Source: Cellvibrionaceae bacterium (GTDB lineage: Bacteria > Pseudomonadota > Gammaproteobacteria > Pseudomonadales > Cellvibrionaceae). From it: 64,000 nucleotides of DNA. A model generated the notes under the pieces. That model saw nothing but the letters and a program-made list of their open reading frames with translations, ran no database searches and was not told the DNA's origin. The position numbers were made by a program, and so were the translations under genes. Location of the stretch: assembly GCA_028281575.1 (NCBI GenBank), contig JANQJP010000030.1, positions 67,401 to 131,400 of the forward strand. Reading direction: 5' to 3'. Shown here piece after piece: positions 10,543 to 21,939 of this stretch; positions within the stretch are counted from its first letter, which is position 1, and each line of letters begins with the position of its first letter.

Positions 10543-10947
10543 TTATGAATCTACAAATTTTCGGGCTTCAACTTTAATCGAGGGTATTTCAGGTTCGCGT
10601 TTTTGCGCAAATACACTTGGAGCCTCCCCTTCTGAGTCAAAACGTTCCGATATTTTCATATCTCCACTATCAGTACCAGAGCTCCCTTGCCTTATTAAAT
10701 CTTTTGTTATTTCAAGGTGTCCAGCCATTGATTGGTCGAGTATAGGTATAAACTTTTCGTTTAATAAGTTTATTTTCTCGTCCATACTTTTTAGGTTTTC
10801 AGCACTTCTGAGCGAGAAAAATACCCCCACAATCGCAAAAATCAGTGAAATGGTTATGCTTAGTATTGAAAGTGTTACTCCATCACCCATCTCTCTTCCT
10901 CCAGTATTTGGCGTTTTGTTCTTCAATGTCGTGTAGAAAATAGTCAC
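10543..10947 (-). CDS. Hypothetical small membrane protein.
   Basis: One predicted TM helix (LSILSITISLIFAIVGVFFSL). The true start is probably the internal Met near 10888. Confidence 0.3.
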   Translation of the reverse strand: MTIFYTTLKNKTPNTGGREMGDGVTLSILSITISLIFAIVGVFFSLRSAENLKSMDEKINLLNEKFIPILDQSMAGHLEITKDLIRQGSSGTDSGDMKISERFDSEGEAPSVFAQKREPEIPSIKVEARKFVDS

Positions 10948-11760
10948 TTACTTAGATATTCTAGCCATGTACTTTGCTCTTTTTTGGCCGCTTGGCAATA
11001 GTACTTGCTTCACATTCTGAACAATAATGGTAATTAAAGAGCCAAACGCGATTTTAGAGAAATCATATATTAAAGCAGCAAGATACAATTAACCAGACAT
11101 AATATGGACGCTCCCGTTCTGTCAAACAAAGAGATACAAAAAAGCCAATGAAATAGAAATGGCCTTGCTGATAGTACTTTTTCCTCTCTGGTAAACCGTT
11201 CTTTTTTTAAATGAATGGCGGTAACGCTGATATATATCCGGCGTTACCGCCATCTATTTTATAGAAAAAGACGGTTAATCATGGTAGGACGGTGCCAAGT
11301 TTAAAGATCCATACTATGAATTGGGACTTAAGGGACCCTATTCATATTCAATTTCCAATATCTTCATTATTCGAGATAATTTCGCGTTCTGAAGTTTCTA
11401 GATTCAAGCGCCGTACGATTCCATTACCTAAGGTGGAAATAGGTAGAGAGGATGAATATCTATATTCGAACGCCTGACCCTGTCCACTTTCCCATCACTA
11501 ATACTTATTGAAATCGTGCAGAACCGAGGTCAGAAATTTTTGATTATATCGAAGTGTTTTATAATTGTGCTCGCCGGCATCAACATATTAGGAAATGTTA
11601 GTTCAGAGACGTTTGAAGCGACTGCCAAGATGTAGGAACAGTATCCTCAATAGTGTGGAAAGTCCACAATATTCAATTAAAGCAGTACCCGGTCTTGCTT
11701 TTAAGTTAGTGTCTAAAGCTAAGCACTGGACTTGGTACCGCTTTATTTAGTTAAACTTTT

Positions 11761-13763
11761 TTATTGCACTTCTAACGTCAGCGTACCTGTTTTAGCTGGT
11801 TCGCCTTCGGCATTGTAGGCATATTCGAAAGTTATTGTATTAGTGCTTGCGTTAGTGTGGTCGAACATAAACTCGCCTAGGTATTGAGCGTAATAAAAAC
11901 CTTCATCGAGCGAGGTACCACGAAAGTTTGTCGAGTCACCCAAAATAGTTTCGTTTTGGGCAGTAGCGATAAACTGATATTTTTGTGACCACACACTGCC
12001 ATTTTCGACAATTCTGTATAAGTCATCTTCCAGCTCTAGGAAACCGCCACGAGCAACTGACAATTTTCTAATTGTGAAATTTTCAAGAGTTTCTATAGAT
12101 GTTGGCAGAATCAAATAGACTGAATCGTTCCTATTGACCGCCAATGAAGCTTCGCCAGCGGTATTTGTTGGTAATATAGCCTCACCGTTATTGGTAAAAT
12201 TGTCATTGTCCAATACCACGGCGTTTATATCGAAAGCACTGTTAGCGCGAATCCCAAATCTCGACGAGTTATCGTTAAGATCTACGACTGCATCATTCAG
12301 TACATCTGTAATTCCACCAATTTCATAGTGATAGTAATAATTTGGAATAAGGTTCGGTGTTAAATCCACGGACAATAATGTGTCGTTTAGAGAAAGTTGC
12401 GTGGATACGGGAAATCTAAGGTCTGTTCGTTGAATAGATGTTGTTCCAGGCAAAACAATATCGTCTGGAGAGTCATTGCCTTGCGTGACCTGATAGGCGT
12501 CTTCCCTCACCAGGACTACCGTATTTTCCGGTACAGAGACCGCGCGCGAATAGAAGACTCTGTAGCTCGTGTTTTCCGTCGGCAGAGAGGATCTATACAC
12601 CACTTCAAGATCGGTAGAAACAAAATCAATGTGAGGGTCTACAACGATATCAATAACTTCTTGTGTCGCGGGCACGCTATAAGACCAGTTGCTTTGATTG
12701 ACATTGCTGAGTTGGACAAATATTTCTTGATCAGCGCCAGAAAAGTTCGAGCTTAAAAATAACGTAATGGTAGAGCTAGAATAATTTATGCCATCGACAA
12801 CAAATGCGGGAATCATAACTTCGACAGAGCGGTCTATTTGCACGTCTAAAACATATTGCGATGTGGATGCATCAAATGTGGCTAAGCGTGGTCCGGATAT
12901 TATGTCGTCGTGGGAGATGGATAAACCTTCGACTATATTAGCTAAATTATCTAAGACAGTGATTCTCACTTCAGGGAAGATGTTCGCTGGTTTAACTACA
13001 GGTGCTAGAGAAATCACGTTTGAGCCAGCTAAACTATCTACATTTACCCAGAACGCTGTACTACCTACACTTCCGACATTTGGGTCATCAAAATCAGCTT
13101 CGCCGTCGGCGTTATTATCGATCTCCGTAGAAAGACGCACGTTTAAGCCCTGCGGTAATTCCATCGAGTAGGTTTCAGTTTCACTATTGTAGGTGTAGAG
13201 AAGTGCCTTCTCGCTGCTGCTGCTGAGCCTTCACCCAGATGGGATTCGGCACTAAATTGCAGGTTGCCAATGGCTTCCAGCGTGTCTCTATTTACAACGC
13301 TAAAAGTCAGCATTTGTGAGGGGAACAATGAGATTCGCCCTGCATCTTGTACGGCAATGCCGTTAGGCGTATTCACGGTCTGACCGTAAAACGCGCGCCC
13401 TATATAACCGTCAGGGCCTTCAAAGAAAAGCTCGAAATCAGAATTCGAGGGTACTTCGGGGATTTCAAAAAAGCCGTTTTCAATATTGACGGGGTTTCTC
13501 GCGGTTAAACCGATGGTAAGCGTTGCTGTACCGCCATTTATCGGCGCATTTGTAAGTCCGTCTTCGACAAAACCATAAAGCGTAACCGGCGCCGGATCTG
13601 GCTCGGCATCCGCAGTGATAACGTCCAATTGCTCACGAAGAATTTGGTTTTGCTCTTCAAGCGCAGCTAACTCCTCGTCATTCCCATTATCTTCAACTTC
13701 AACACATGCACTTAGCGTGATGACGAAAAACCCGAAAAACAGTAATTTAATAACACGGCTCAT
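11761..13763 (-). pseudogene. Large secreted lipoprotein (~670 aa) interrupted by a frameshift near 13150–13225.
   Basis: ORFs 13143..13763 and 11761..13164 are contiguous parts of one protein. Lipobox LSAC at the N-terminus. The downstream frame opens directly after an in-frame TGA beside a (CAG)4 tract, and the upstream frame ends about 80 nt later. Confidence 0.6.
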
Positions 13764-14189
13764 TGCTTTAATACCTTAATTGAGACAAATAAACTTTCCC
13801 TAACACCCTTATTCACTTGAGCAAGGAGCAAAAAATCTAATCAACTCACGCGGATTCTTTTTCGGCGTGCAGAAGACATAAATAGTCGCGGTGACTTCGA
13901 CATACTTGGAAAACAGAAAATTGATTTGCGCAGATGCGCCGCGAGTATTTTCGAGGTCCATTTACGTCATCTAAATCCGTTTAAGTAGAATGCCTTGCAA
14001 GTAGTGGAGGATTTGTCGCCCAAAACACTATCAATACTAAACCTTAAACACAAGCACAGTTTTATTAAATTTTTACTAAAAATACCTCATGTTTGAACCA
14101 ATACCGATGTCGAATATCTTTGCACCTTATTTGCTATGAAAAATATGCTCACTCGAGTAAGCAGGATATCGTGCAATATCTCTTGGAAA

Positions 14190-14401
14190 GGCTTCTAACG
14201 TGGGTGTCTCGGTTATTGAAACTGAGTTGATGTCGTTTTACGGGTATACGCATGTCGATCAGGCCCAAAAAGATATCGCGCGCTATATCCATAGCTACAA
14301 TTATGACGAGGGCACAGTTACAACAATTATCTTGCTCCTGCTATCGCAGAGGTGGCTTAATATCGCGTAATTTTTGGTGCGAAGTTTTTAGGCCACTACA
14401 C
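14190..14401 (+). mobile_element. IS3-family remnant: 3' fragment of orfB transposase plus right terminal inverted repeat.
   Basis: Translation gives ...[26 protein letters not shown], matching the C-terminus of the intact IS orfB at 32878. The fragment ends in ...gcgaagtttttaggccactacac, which is ~85% identical to that IS terminus. Confidence 0.7.
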
Positions 14402-14446
14402 TCTCGTGTCGATGCTTACCGTTTTTCTCTATTCACCTCTCAATTC

Positions 14447-15358
14447 TTAATTGAAATAGCTGACTATTTCTTCAAAGTTTTCTTTCGCTTCATCAAAACC
14501 AATATTGTCTTCGTCATCCGCATAGGACATTGCCTCAACAAAATGCGCATATTCTCTTTGGTATTCGTCATCTTCGCCTAATGAAGTAATCGCTGATTTC
14601 ATCGAATCAACGAAGCTTCCTTTGGTATCACGTTTTCCTGTTTGCTGATCTTCTTCAAAGGAAGAAAATGCAGTTTCCAGAAAAAGCCCCTTATTTTCAT
14701 CCACAACTATTTTCAATGCGCACAGGTCATGGAGATGCCGGATCATTGCTGAATCATCGTTTTCATCACTACGATCACGCTTTAATATTCTCCAGGTCAA
14801 TGCACTTAACTTATCGGACGCAGTTTCAACAGGAGAAAGATAGAGTATTTTAGTTTCAGAAGAGCCATCAGTGAACTGTGATACAAATGATTGAATTTCT
14901 CGGATCTCCGGCTCAAGACGAGGCTGTGTAAAACTAAACTCGACCTGTAATCCCGCTCGAAGCGAAGCATGTTCAAACTGCTTTTTCTCGTAGGATAAAG
15001 GAAATTTTATGTAGTTACTGGCTTTGGCAATATCTGATTCATCAAGTGAAACAAAGTCACAACTATTTATCTTTTCAATTAGCTGGGTTCGGTATTCAGA
15101 TCTCATTTTTCGAAGTTGATTACCCGAAGTTTCAATTTCATATCGACAACGAAAATCTAAGTCTTCTGAAAACCTTTGGAGAATGCCAAACCCTTTTGAG
15201 AGACTCGTACCACCAGAGAAAATAGTGGTAATATCGGGAGAAGAAAAATCGGCAATCAACGACAGCGCTTGAACTGAATACCAATCTTTTTCGACAAAAG
15301 CTGGATCGACACCGAGCTCCGTCGCGATCTCTAGAACGACGTCTGGATCAAGAGACAT
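14447..15358 (-). CDS. AbiEii/AbiGii-family nucleotidyltransferase toxin (type IV TA).
   Basis: Motifs EKDWY...FSGGTSLSKGFG...RFSEDLDF are typical of the DUF1814/AbiEii nucleotidyltransferase. Confidence 0.8.
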   Translation of the reverse strand: MSLDPDVVLEIATELGVDPAFVEKDWYSVQALSLIADFSSPDITTIFSGGTSLSKGFGILQRFSEDLDFRCRYEIETSGNQLRKMRSEYRTQLIEKINSCDFVSLDESDIAKASNYIKFPLSYEKKQFEHASLRAGLQVEFSFTQPRLEPEIREIQSFVSQFTDGSSETKILYLSPVETASDKLSALTWRILKRDRSDENDDSAMIRHLHDLCALKIVVDENKGLFLETAFSSFEEDQQTGKRDTKGSFVDSMKSAITSLGEDDEYQREYAHFVEAMSYADDEDNIGFDEAKENFEEIVSYFN

Positions 15359-15761
15359 ACTGATACTTTATTGACTTGCCATCGAAGGCCATTTTACGGG
15401 ATACACGCCCCTTCACCGCAATAACACGCCCAGTTGGAACTTGAGTGGTACCGCCTTGGTTATAGCTTGTGGCATCTGTTGATACGACGACTTTCACCTT
15501 CAACTTATCGCTCAAGGCCTCTTTAGCCAGATCAGGTAAAGGCTTCACCGGTATCAACTTACCGGTAAGCTTCGAGCGCTTCGCCTTGGCATACAAACCA
15601 CGACCAAACTTCACTAAAGCGCCTTCGGTAACCAGCTGACGCAGCACCCGGCCCACCTGATCACGATCTGACAGGTCGAAAAAGTCCCCAGGGGTAAAGA
15701 CTGCTGCCTTACTCCTGTTGATTCGGTATTTTATCTTACTTTTCAAGGTCTTAAGGGCCAT
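15348..15761 (-). CDS. AbiEi-like antitoxin (DUF6088-type) partnered with the AbiEii toxin.
   Basis: 137-aa protein directly upstream of, and overlapping, the nucleotidyltransferase gene in the same orientation. Confidence 0.55.
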   Translation of the reverse strand: MALKTLKSKIKYRINRSKAAVFTPGDFFDLSDRDQVGRVLRQLVTEGALVKFGRGLYAKAKRSKLTGKLIPVKPLPDLAKEALSDKLKVKVVVSTDATSYNQGGTTQVPTGRVIAVKGRVSRKMAFDGKSIKYQYVS

Positions 15762-15947
15762 ATCAATCTACAAATATACGACATTACATACTGCAATTAT
15801 ACGACATGTAGAGCATTCCAACAAAATACATATATCTATATAAATCATAGACTTATAACTCCTTCTAAAATCACCTCCAAATTAGTATGCTATACACCTC
15901 GAGACAGGTATTTAGCAGCCCACACCCAAATACAAACTTAAAGCAGC

Positions 15948-16001
15948 GTGTAGTGGCCTAAAAACTTCGTACCAAAAGTTACGTGATAAAGTGAACATAA
16001 C
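15948..16001 (+). mobile_element. Solo left end (IRL plus ~15 bp) of the IS3-family element.
   Basis: 54 nt (gtgtagtggcctaaaaacttcgtaccaaaagttacgtgataaagtgaacataac) are identical to the left end of the intact IS at 33980–34033. Confidence 0.75.
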
Positions 16002-16045
16002 CGGCGCGGGTGGTGAGCTGGTAGCACAAATCTATACCTATGTGA

Positions 16046-16372
16046 GTGTGGAAAATTTACGAGAAATTCATCGGGCAACTTATCCGGCGAAAGCCAGGGC
16101 GGCACAAAGCGAGGAAAGTTGATATGCTTGTAGGCCATTATGTGATCGATAGCGATAGGCTAATCATGAAACAGTCTGACATTGACAGTATGAGCGTCGG
16201 CGAAAAGCTTCAAGCAATAGAGGCTCTTTGGGAGGCGCTGGAAGACAGCGATGTAGAGCCCCCGGCGTGGCATGACGATGTATTAAAAGAACGTGTTGAA
16301 TTGCTCAATAACGGTAAAGCCAAATGGGTTAGCTTGGAAGAGTTGAAACAGCGTAAATTTAATGGGCAGTGA
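16046..16372 (+). CDS. Putative addiction-module antitoxin component (TIGR02574-like).
   Basis: 108 aa (...MSVGEKLQAIEALWEAL...WHDDVLKERVELLNNGKAKWVSLEELK) immediately upstream of a RelE/ParE-like ORF. Confidence 0.55.
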   Translation: MWKIYEKFIGQLIRRKPGRHKARKVDMLVGHYVIDSDRLIMKQSDIDSMSVGEKLQAIEALWEALEDSDVEPPAWHDDVLKERVELLNNGKAKWVSLEELKQRKFNGQ

Positions 16373-16672
16373 TGAAATTGTACTTCTGCAAGAGGCTTCC
16401 CAGGATCTTGATGTTGGTGAAGCGTTTTACGATAGCTGTCAAACAGGCTTAGGCCAATACTTTTTACATTGTCTTATCTCTGATCTGGAATCCTTAAAGG
16501 TTTATCCGGGGTTCATAGCAAGACGCATAATGAGCTTTACTACATGAGAGCAAAACGCTTTCCTTACATGATTTATTACCGTGTTGTGGAGGGTATAGCG
16601 TATGTTGTGGCGATATTGCCGACAAGGCGCAAACCCTCATGGATAATCCGATCTCTAAAGGCAAGGCCATAG
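16362..16672 (+). pseudogene. ParE/RelE-family toxin, frameshifted.
   Basis: The N-terminal 61-aa ORF ends at 16547. The downstream +1 frame encodes ...KRFPYMIYYRVVEGIAYVVAILPTRRKP, the classic ParE/RelE C-terminus. Confidence 0.55.
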
Positions 16673-16780
16673 AATAGAGGCTTAATCCTTTACCCGCCTA
16701 TCACATGCCTTGCTAGAAAAAGCAGCAAGGCAAAGTACCAGGCTCGCATTTTTTGCACATTCAATTCGGCTTGCATAGTA

Positions 16781-17368
16781 TTGCGCGCCATGAATGCGCT
16801 TGTCCTCTACATCGCTTCTTTTGTGCACGCCTACCTCCGTATTATCAAGCCCGGCGGCGTTAAAGCCCTGGCTGCAGAAAATGCCGCGTTAAGGCATCAA
16901 CTGGCCATTATCATACGTGGCAGAAAGCGAGCCCCGAACCTTGAGCTAAGGGATCGCATTCTCTTAGGTCTCATGATCGATCTCATCAAAGATAAGCGAT
17001 TAAACAAGGTTGCCGTATTATTAAAACCTAAAACGCTGCTACGGTGGCAAGCCAGCTTACGTTTGCTTGAGATTGCAGAAATAAAATCGATTCCAGGTAC
17101 GCCAATATCACATCCCTTTATTGAACGATTGATTGGTACTGTACGACGAGAATATTTAGATAATGTGCTTTTTGGGAATGCAACTGACTTGCAGAAAAAG
17201 CTGGACCGTTTCAAACGTTACTACAACACTCATCGAACACACTATTCCCTTAAACATCACACGCCTCAATGTATGATGGAAAATAAAGCGGTGAAACCGT
17301 TAGATATTCACAATTATTCCTGGAAACCTGCTTGTCGAGGTTTGTTTCAAATTTCCATCGCAGCTTAA
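16781..17368 (+). pseudogene. Decayed transposase (integrase-core, DDE-type) remnant of a second IS family.
   Basis: N-terminal ENAALRHQLA coiled-coil typical of IS3/IS481 transposases is joined directly to a C-terminal rve-like segment (PISHPFIERLIGTVRREYLD). The catalytic core is missing. Confidence 0.55.
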
Positions 17369-17560
17369 ATTTAACAATTCGAGCGCTACACTTCCTAATA
17401 CAAATACTCAACCATTGCTCTCGTAATTAATAGCTTAATTGTTGAGGAGCCGTCGGATGCCCGTTTCAATAAAGCATCTGCCTCGTCTAAAGACGAGTAT
17501 TGAGCGAGCTTTTCCTGCTGAGAGATTGCCTTAATGCTAAGAAATATGCTTTTAATCCAA

Positions 17561-20254
17561 TCATTGCGTAATCAATATTTGTAGGAATCCGCCGATAGCC
17601 AATTTAGGACGCCCTTCCGCGTCGATAAACGATGTCGCAGAATTTCTAGGGAAAAGCCAAGCTGCATTAGTTAAAACTTGTCGTTTCCATATCGTCTGCC
17701 CCCAATATACGTTGAAATAGGCAAAAATCTTCGGATTCTGATCTGTAGAACAATCGCGGGCGTTAATATACACATTACCTCCAGGAGAGTTATTCCGAGA
17801 AATAGAAGTAATAATTGTATCGACTAACTCATTTTGACGTTCGACCTGTAATTCCTCATCCATAATATAAATTACAGTATGAACTGAACCACTCGGGCCG
17901 CATAGAACATCACTCTGCTGTTGAAAAATAGCTACAACTTCGAACTGATTGTCATTGTCTACATCTTCAACAAACAGATCGGAGAAACCAAGGGGTAACC
18001 CAATAGGAACACCAAAGAAATGCTCGAGAACTAGCTCATTATTTTCCAACTGAAAGACAAAAAGTCTATCTTTTGTTGCTTCATTAAAACGAGTGCCAGC
18101 CAAAATCAATTCAACATTTGAATCTTTGTCCAAATCAGTAACAACCAAAGCATGCCCAGAACTCAAATCAAAGTCTTCTTCAGTAAGATTCAGTAAAAGT
18201 TCAGGTTGAGACGCCCCTGGCGTATAAGAATAAATACCGCCAGCAGCATCTGAGCCATCTGCTAAAAACAAGCGCATTGTTAACAGAAAAACAAACTCTT
18301 TGTTACCATCCCCGTCAATATCAACGAAGTGTATATCGCGAATCTCACCTTCACCGATTGAAGACTGCCTGCTCAAAAATATCTGTTCGTCCAATAGAAC
18401 TGATTCGTTTTCCATATCGTAGACAATAAGATTTCGGCCGCGATTGGATGAGTCATCAAACCCATATCTTCTAATCGCGACTAAATCTTTAACCTGATCC
18501 GAATTCCAATCCACATAATTTAAAACGCGAGTGCTTTCTTCGTTAGATGGCAGGGTCAATGAAAAATTCGGATCATCTTCAATTATTGTGCGAAAATCAT
18601 TCGTAGATTTACTGTACTTAATAACCTCTGTACCTGAGTTTTGACGAAAGAAAACAATATCCCCAGCCGTATTCTCTGGTTCCAAATCCACAGCGCCGTA
18701 AAATGTACGTGGCAGTAAAGGTAATTCTGACTCAATCGGGTCCACATAATTCTCAAAAGTCAATGTGCTAGAAAAGCTCTGATATACCGATCTATCGTTT
18801 GTTATTGATAAACCAAAATTGAGGTCAAGTGTATTACTAACACGAGGAATATATGAGCCATCCCAAGTCAAAACACCGCTACCATCTGCAGATGTCCCCG
18901 AAGGGCCAAACGCAACGGCATAATCAAAAGGACCATCTTCTGGATTGTTTTCCAAAGCAGAGACAGAAAATTGGACACCTTCTTCAATAGATTCTGGGGG
19001 AGACACAAGTTGAACGTCCGGCAAATCACGTTGAAAGAAGACTTGTACTTCTACTAACTCGCTATTTAGGCTATTAGAAACCTCTGCGCCGACTAACAAT
19101 GTTCCTGAACACTCAAGTGCTAACGTAATTTGCAGTAGCCCATCGACAGTAAAATCTGGTTGGCAATCACCATCTTCAAGCGTTACCGACCAGTCGACTG
19201 CAAAAAAGTCACTACCACTCTCAACATCTAAGGTGAGAGTAGTAGGCGTTCCATTCTCGGTTGCAGTATCTCCCAAAACATCAATAATTAGTGTAGAGTT
19301 TTGATCAGTTGAAAAACTCAATAACTGCTGAACTGATAAAGTAATTTCCTGGTCTGCAATGCTATTTCCATCAGAATTCAGCGCGATAGCATAATCTGTT
19401 ACAGAAAAACCACTAACCTCTGATCTGTAATTTCCGGGAGTAAACTGCGCGTCTAGACTTGAGCCATTGCCACTCAATGCGAGAATAGAATCAGAAGTAT
19501 CAATATCAAGTTGCACCAAACCGAAAACAGAGTGGAGAATTTGGCCACTAATTCGATAATTATCCCAGGACAACCCTGTTCTAACCAGGTCTCGCGCATA
19601 GACTTGAATTCCGCTACTCATATGCTCGATGATGAGGCTTCCAGACCAAGTAATCGAATTAAAAAAAGAGGCAGGACTTATTAAAGATTGCTCAATTTCT
19701 CCATTTATCACTACATCCAAGTTATCGGCGGAACTAATCAACCGCAACCCATCGATATTCATATTTATATCAACAAGATTATCTTGTGTTGAAAGCTCAA
19801 TTGCTATTACGCCGTCGATGAAATCAGCCCCAAGAAAACAATCATTAAAAGTGATAGAAATAACACCAACACCATCTGAGTTCGTATTATCTTCAGTGGA
19901 AGCGTCTCCTGACTGGCAAACAGTATCTTGTCCAATAGGTTCTCCATCTAACACTTCATCTTCAGGAAGGCCTAGATATATACGATCAAAAATATCTCCA
20001 AGAGAAATAAAAACAAACTGTTCGATCAAATCTACGACTTCTATGGTGGACAAAAGCATATGGTTTGCGTTCGTCGGACTCACAACGGCTCGTAATCTAT
20101 TCCCTTCAAAAAGACTATCTATTGAGGAATTTTGAAGATTACCACTGCTACCTCCACGCCCATCTCTACCATCATTCTCACTACCGCCACCGCAGGAAGA
20201 AAGGATAAGAACATAAGCAACAATAAGTATTAAAGTATTCTTGTATGGAAACAC
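17561..20254 (-). CDS. Large secreted lipoprotein (897 aa) with FG-GAP/VCBS-like repeats.
   Basis: Lipobox ILSSCGGG. Motifs DIDGDGNKEFV and VTDLDKDSNVELILAG match FG-GAP-type calcium-binding repeats. Confidence 0.55.
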   Translation of the reverse strand: MFPYKNTLILIVAYVLILSSCGGGSENDGRDGRGGSSGNLQNSSIDSLFEGNRLRAVVSPTNANHMLLSTIEVVDLIEQFVFISLGDIFDRIYLGLPEDEVLDGEPIGQDTVCQSGDASTEDNTNSDGVGVISITFNDCFLGADFIDGVIAIELSTQDNLVDINMNIDGLRLISSADNLDVVINGEIEQSLISPASFFNSITWSGSLIIEHMSSGIQVYARDLVRTGLSWDNYRISGQILHSVFGLVQLDIDTSDSILALSGNGSSLDAQFTPGNYRSEVSGFSVTDYAIALNSDGNSIADQEITLSVQQLLSFSTDQNSTLIIDVLGDTATENGTPTTLTLDVESGSDFFAVDWSVTLEDGDCQPDFTVDGLLQITLALECSGTLLVGAEVSNSLNSELVEVQVFFQRDLPDVQLVSPPESIEEGVQFSVSALENNPEDGPFDYAVAFGPSGTSADGSGVLTWDGSYIPRVSNTLDLNFGLSITNDRSVYQSFSSTLTFENYVDPIESELPLLPRTFYGAVDLEPENTAGDIVFFRQNSGTEVIKYSKSTNDFRTIIEDDPNFSLTLPSNEESTRVLNYVDWNSDQVKDLVAIRRYGFDDSSNRGRNLIVYDMENESVLLDEQIFLSRQSSIGEGEIRDIHFVDIDGDGNKEFVFLLTMRLFLADGSDAAGGIYSYTPGASQPELLLNLTEEDFDLSSGHALVVTDLDKDSNVELILAGTRFNEATKDRLFVFQLENNELVLEHFFGVPIGLPLGFSDLFVEDVDNDNQFEVVAIFQQQSDVLCGPSGSVHTVIYIMDEELQVERQNELVDTIITSISRNNSPGGNVYINARDCSTDQNPKIFAYFNVYWGQTIWKRQVLTNAAWLFPRNSATSFIDAEGRPKLAIGGFLQILITQ

Positions 20255-20452
20255 GTGTTGTCCTCAAATCAATATCTTTTTCAAACAAAATAGTAACGAA
20301 TGCAAATTAACAATTCAAATCAACTTCATCGGCTACGTAAAAAACCGACACCCATGTAACACCTTACATAGGTCAGACCAGACGATCAGAAAAACTTCAC
20401 TTGGGCAGTGCACGTTAAGAGCGCAGCGCAATATTATTATAATTTGTACAAA

Positions 20453-21481
20453 TTATTGTTTTATTTCGAATATAAATCGATTGCGAACACCGGGAACCTC
20501 AACTCTTTCTCCGTCTACTTCCTTGGGTTTGTACACGAACTTGGCAGCGGTCTTCAAACTTGTCTCAATAAATATTTCATTACTGCACTCAACCACTTTT
20601 AAATCAGTAGTTTTTCCATTCGTCAGTACCGTATACTCGACAGTGCAAAAGCCTTGAATATTATCTAATATCGCCTGCTTAGGATAACTGGGTGCGACCT
20701 TCACAATTGGAAGATAGTCGCCGTTAGGCTTTTCTAGCTCAGCTATTTTTTCTTCAACAACGGCTTTCATACCTCCCATATCAACCTTGTTCAAAATATC
20801 TAGCTTTAACTGATAAAGCTCCTTTGAATTCAAAGGCTTTCCTGATTTTGAAATGCTGATATCAACTAATTTCAAAGCTTCATCATATTTTTCTTCATAG
20901 TGCAGCACCACCGCTCTTAAACTTGTGAGCTCCTGATACCGTTTTGGGGATAGCGCCTTTATTTTTTCCAAATACGGCTTAACTTCTTGTGGTCGCCCTA
21001 GGCGATATTCAATCGCTGCGGAAAGGACTAAAGCGTTAAGCTCAGTAGCCACAGGTATTTTTGGAGAAAAGGTCACCACCCTGTCATTCATATCTTTTGA
21101 AACTTGTAGATCACCTTCTTGATAAAAGATATAAGCGTAGTAAAGGTAGATATGTGACTTTTCGTACTCATTACAGCTCGTTTCACAAAAAAGCTCCATA
21201 TCTTTTAATTTGGCCTTGGCCAGCACATAATCTGGCTCAACATAGCCAAGCGTTGCATAATCTGGAGAAAGTAAATCTGATACTTCCTTCATTTTTTTGA
21301 AGAACGATTCGCTAATGCCTTGAATTGGTCTTCGGTGCGATGTTGCATTAGACTTGCTGTTCATCTGAGGGTCAGTGTGAGTTTTTGTCGGTGCGCACGC
21401 AACCAGATAAGTAGTCAAGACCACTAGAAAAGATCTAGAAATCAGAAAGGAAAGAAAATGTTTTTTATTCAACAAATACAT
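20453..21481 (-). CDS. TPR-containing lipoprotein with a TonB C-terminal domain.
   Basis: Lipobox LVACAP. The C-terminal ~90 aa (YPKQAILDNIQGFCTVEYTV...VECSNEIF...AAKFVYKP) match the TonB_C fold. Confidence 0.6.
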   Translation of the reverse strand: MYLLNKKHFLSFLISRSFLVVLTTYLVACAPTKTHTDPQMNSKSNATSHRRPIQGISESFFKKMKEVSDLLSPDYATLGYVEPDYVLAKAKLKDMELFCETSCNEYEKSHIYLYYAYIFYQEGDLQVSKDMNDRVVTFSPKIPVATELNALVLSAAIEYRLGRPQEVKPYLEKIKALSPKRYQELTSLRAVVLHYEEKYDEALKLVDISISKSGKPLNSKELYQLKLDILNKVDMGGMKAVVEEKIAELEKPNGDYLPIVKVAPSYPKQAILDNIQGFCTVEYTVLTNGKTTDLKVVECSNEIFIETSLKTAAKFVYKPKEVDGERVEVPGVRNRFIFEIKQ

Positions 21482-21939
21482 ATGTCACTGCCCAAAAGTT
21501 AATACGGTAGCTCCAGTTATCCACTTAATCTATTCTATTTTTCACAAGCATTTCGGTTAATTCGTAAGGGTATATAGTCTCTCTTCCTGGATATGAGCTT
21601 TTCACCCAAGGAGTAAAGCCGTACAGTTTTAAGAGGTTATTTCAGGTATTTTTATAGAATCAAAAAGTGATAATTTAATTATCGCTATAGTAACTATCGG
21701 TTTTATCTAGCTGACTATAAGGTTGATCAATACATGACTTCGTTGGTTTTAGAGGCACAGATTTTATGATTCCGTGCAGTGTTTTGAAAGTAATTCTATC
21801 GCAAGTTTCTTTAGAGGTAGGTATAAGATGTTGAGCCTGAACCTCATTGTTAAACGTACTTCGTGACGCCCAGGCCTGATCACCTTGCAAATCATCTAAT
21901 CTACCTCCTAAAGCAGTTCCATTCCCACTAACATTTACA

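Noticed and set aside
11218-11262. Perfect 11-bp-stem hairpin ggcggtaacgc...gcgttaccgcc as an intrinsic terminator.
   Set aside because: It is not followed by a U-run on either strand and is not positioned at a gene end. Recorded only as an inverted repeat.
13213-13224. (CTG)4 trinucleotide tract as a slipped-strand phase-variation switch.
   Set aside because: Triplet repeats do not change frame. The frameshift must be a separate single-nucleotide indel nearby. No homopolymer run is present.
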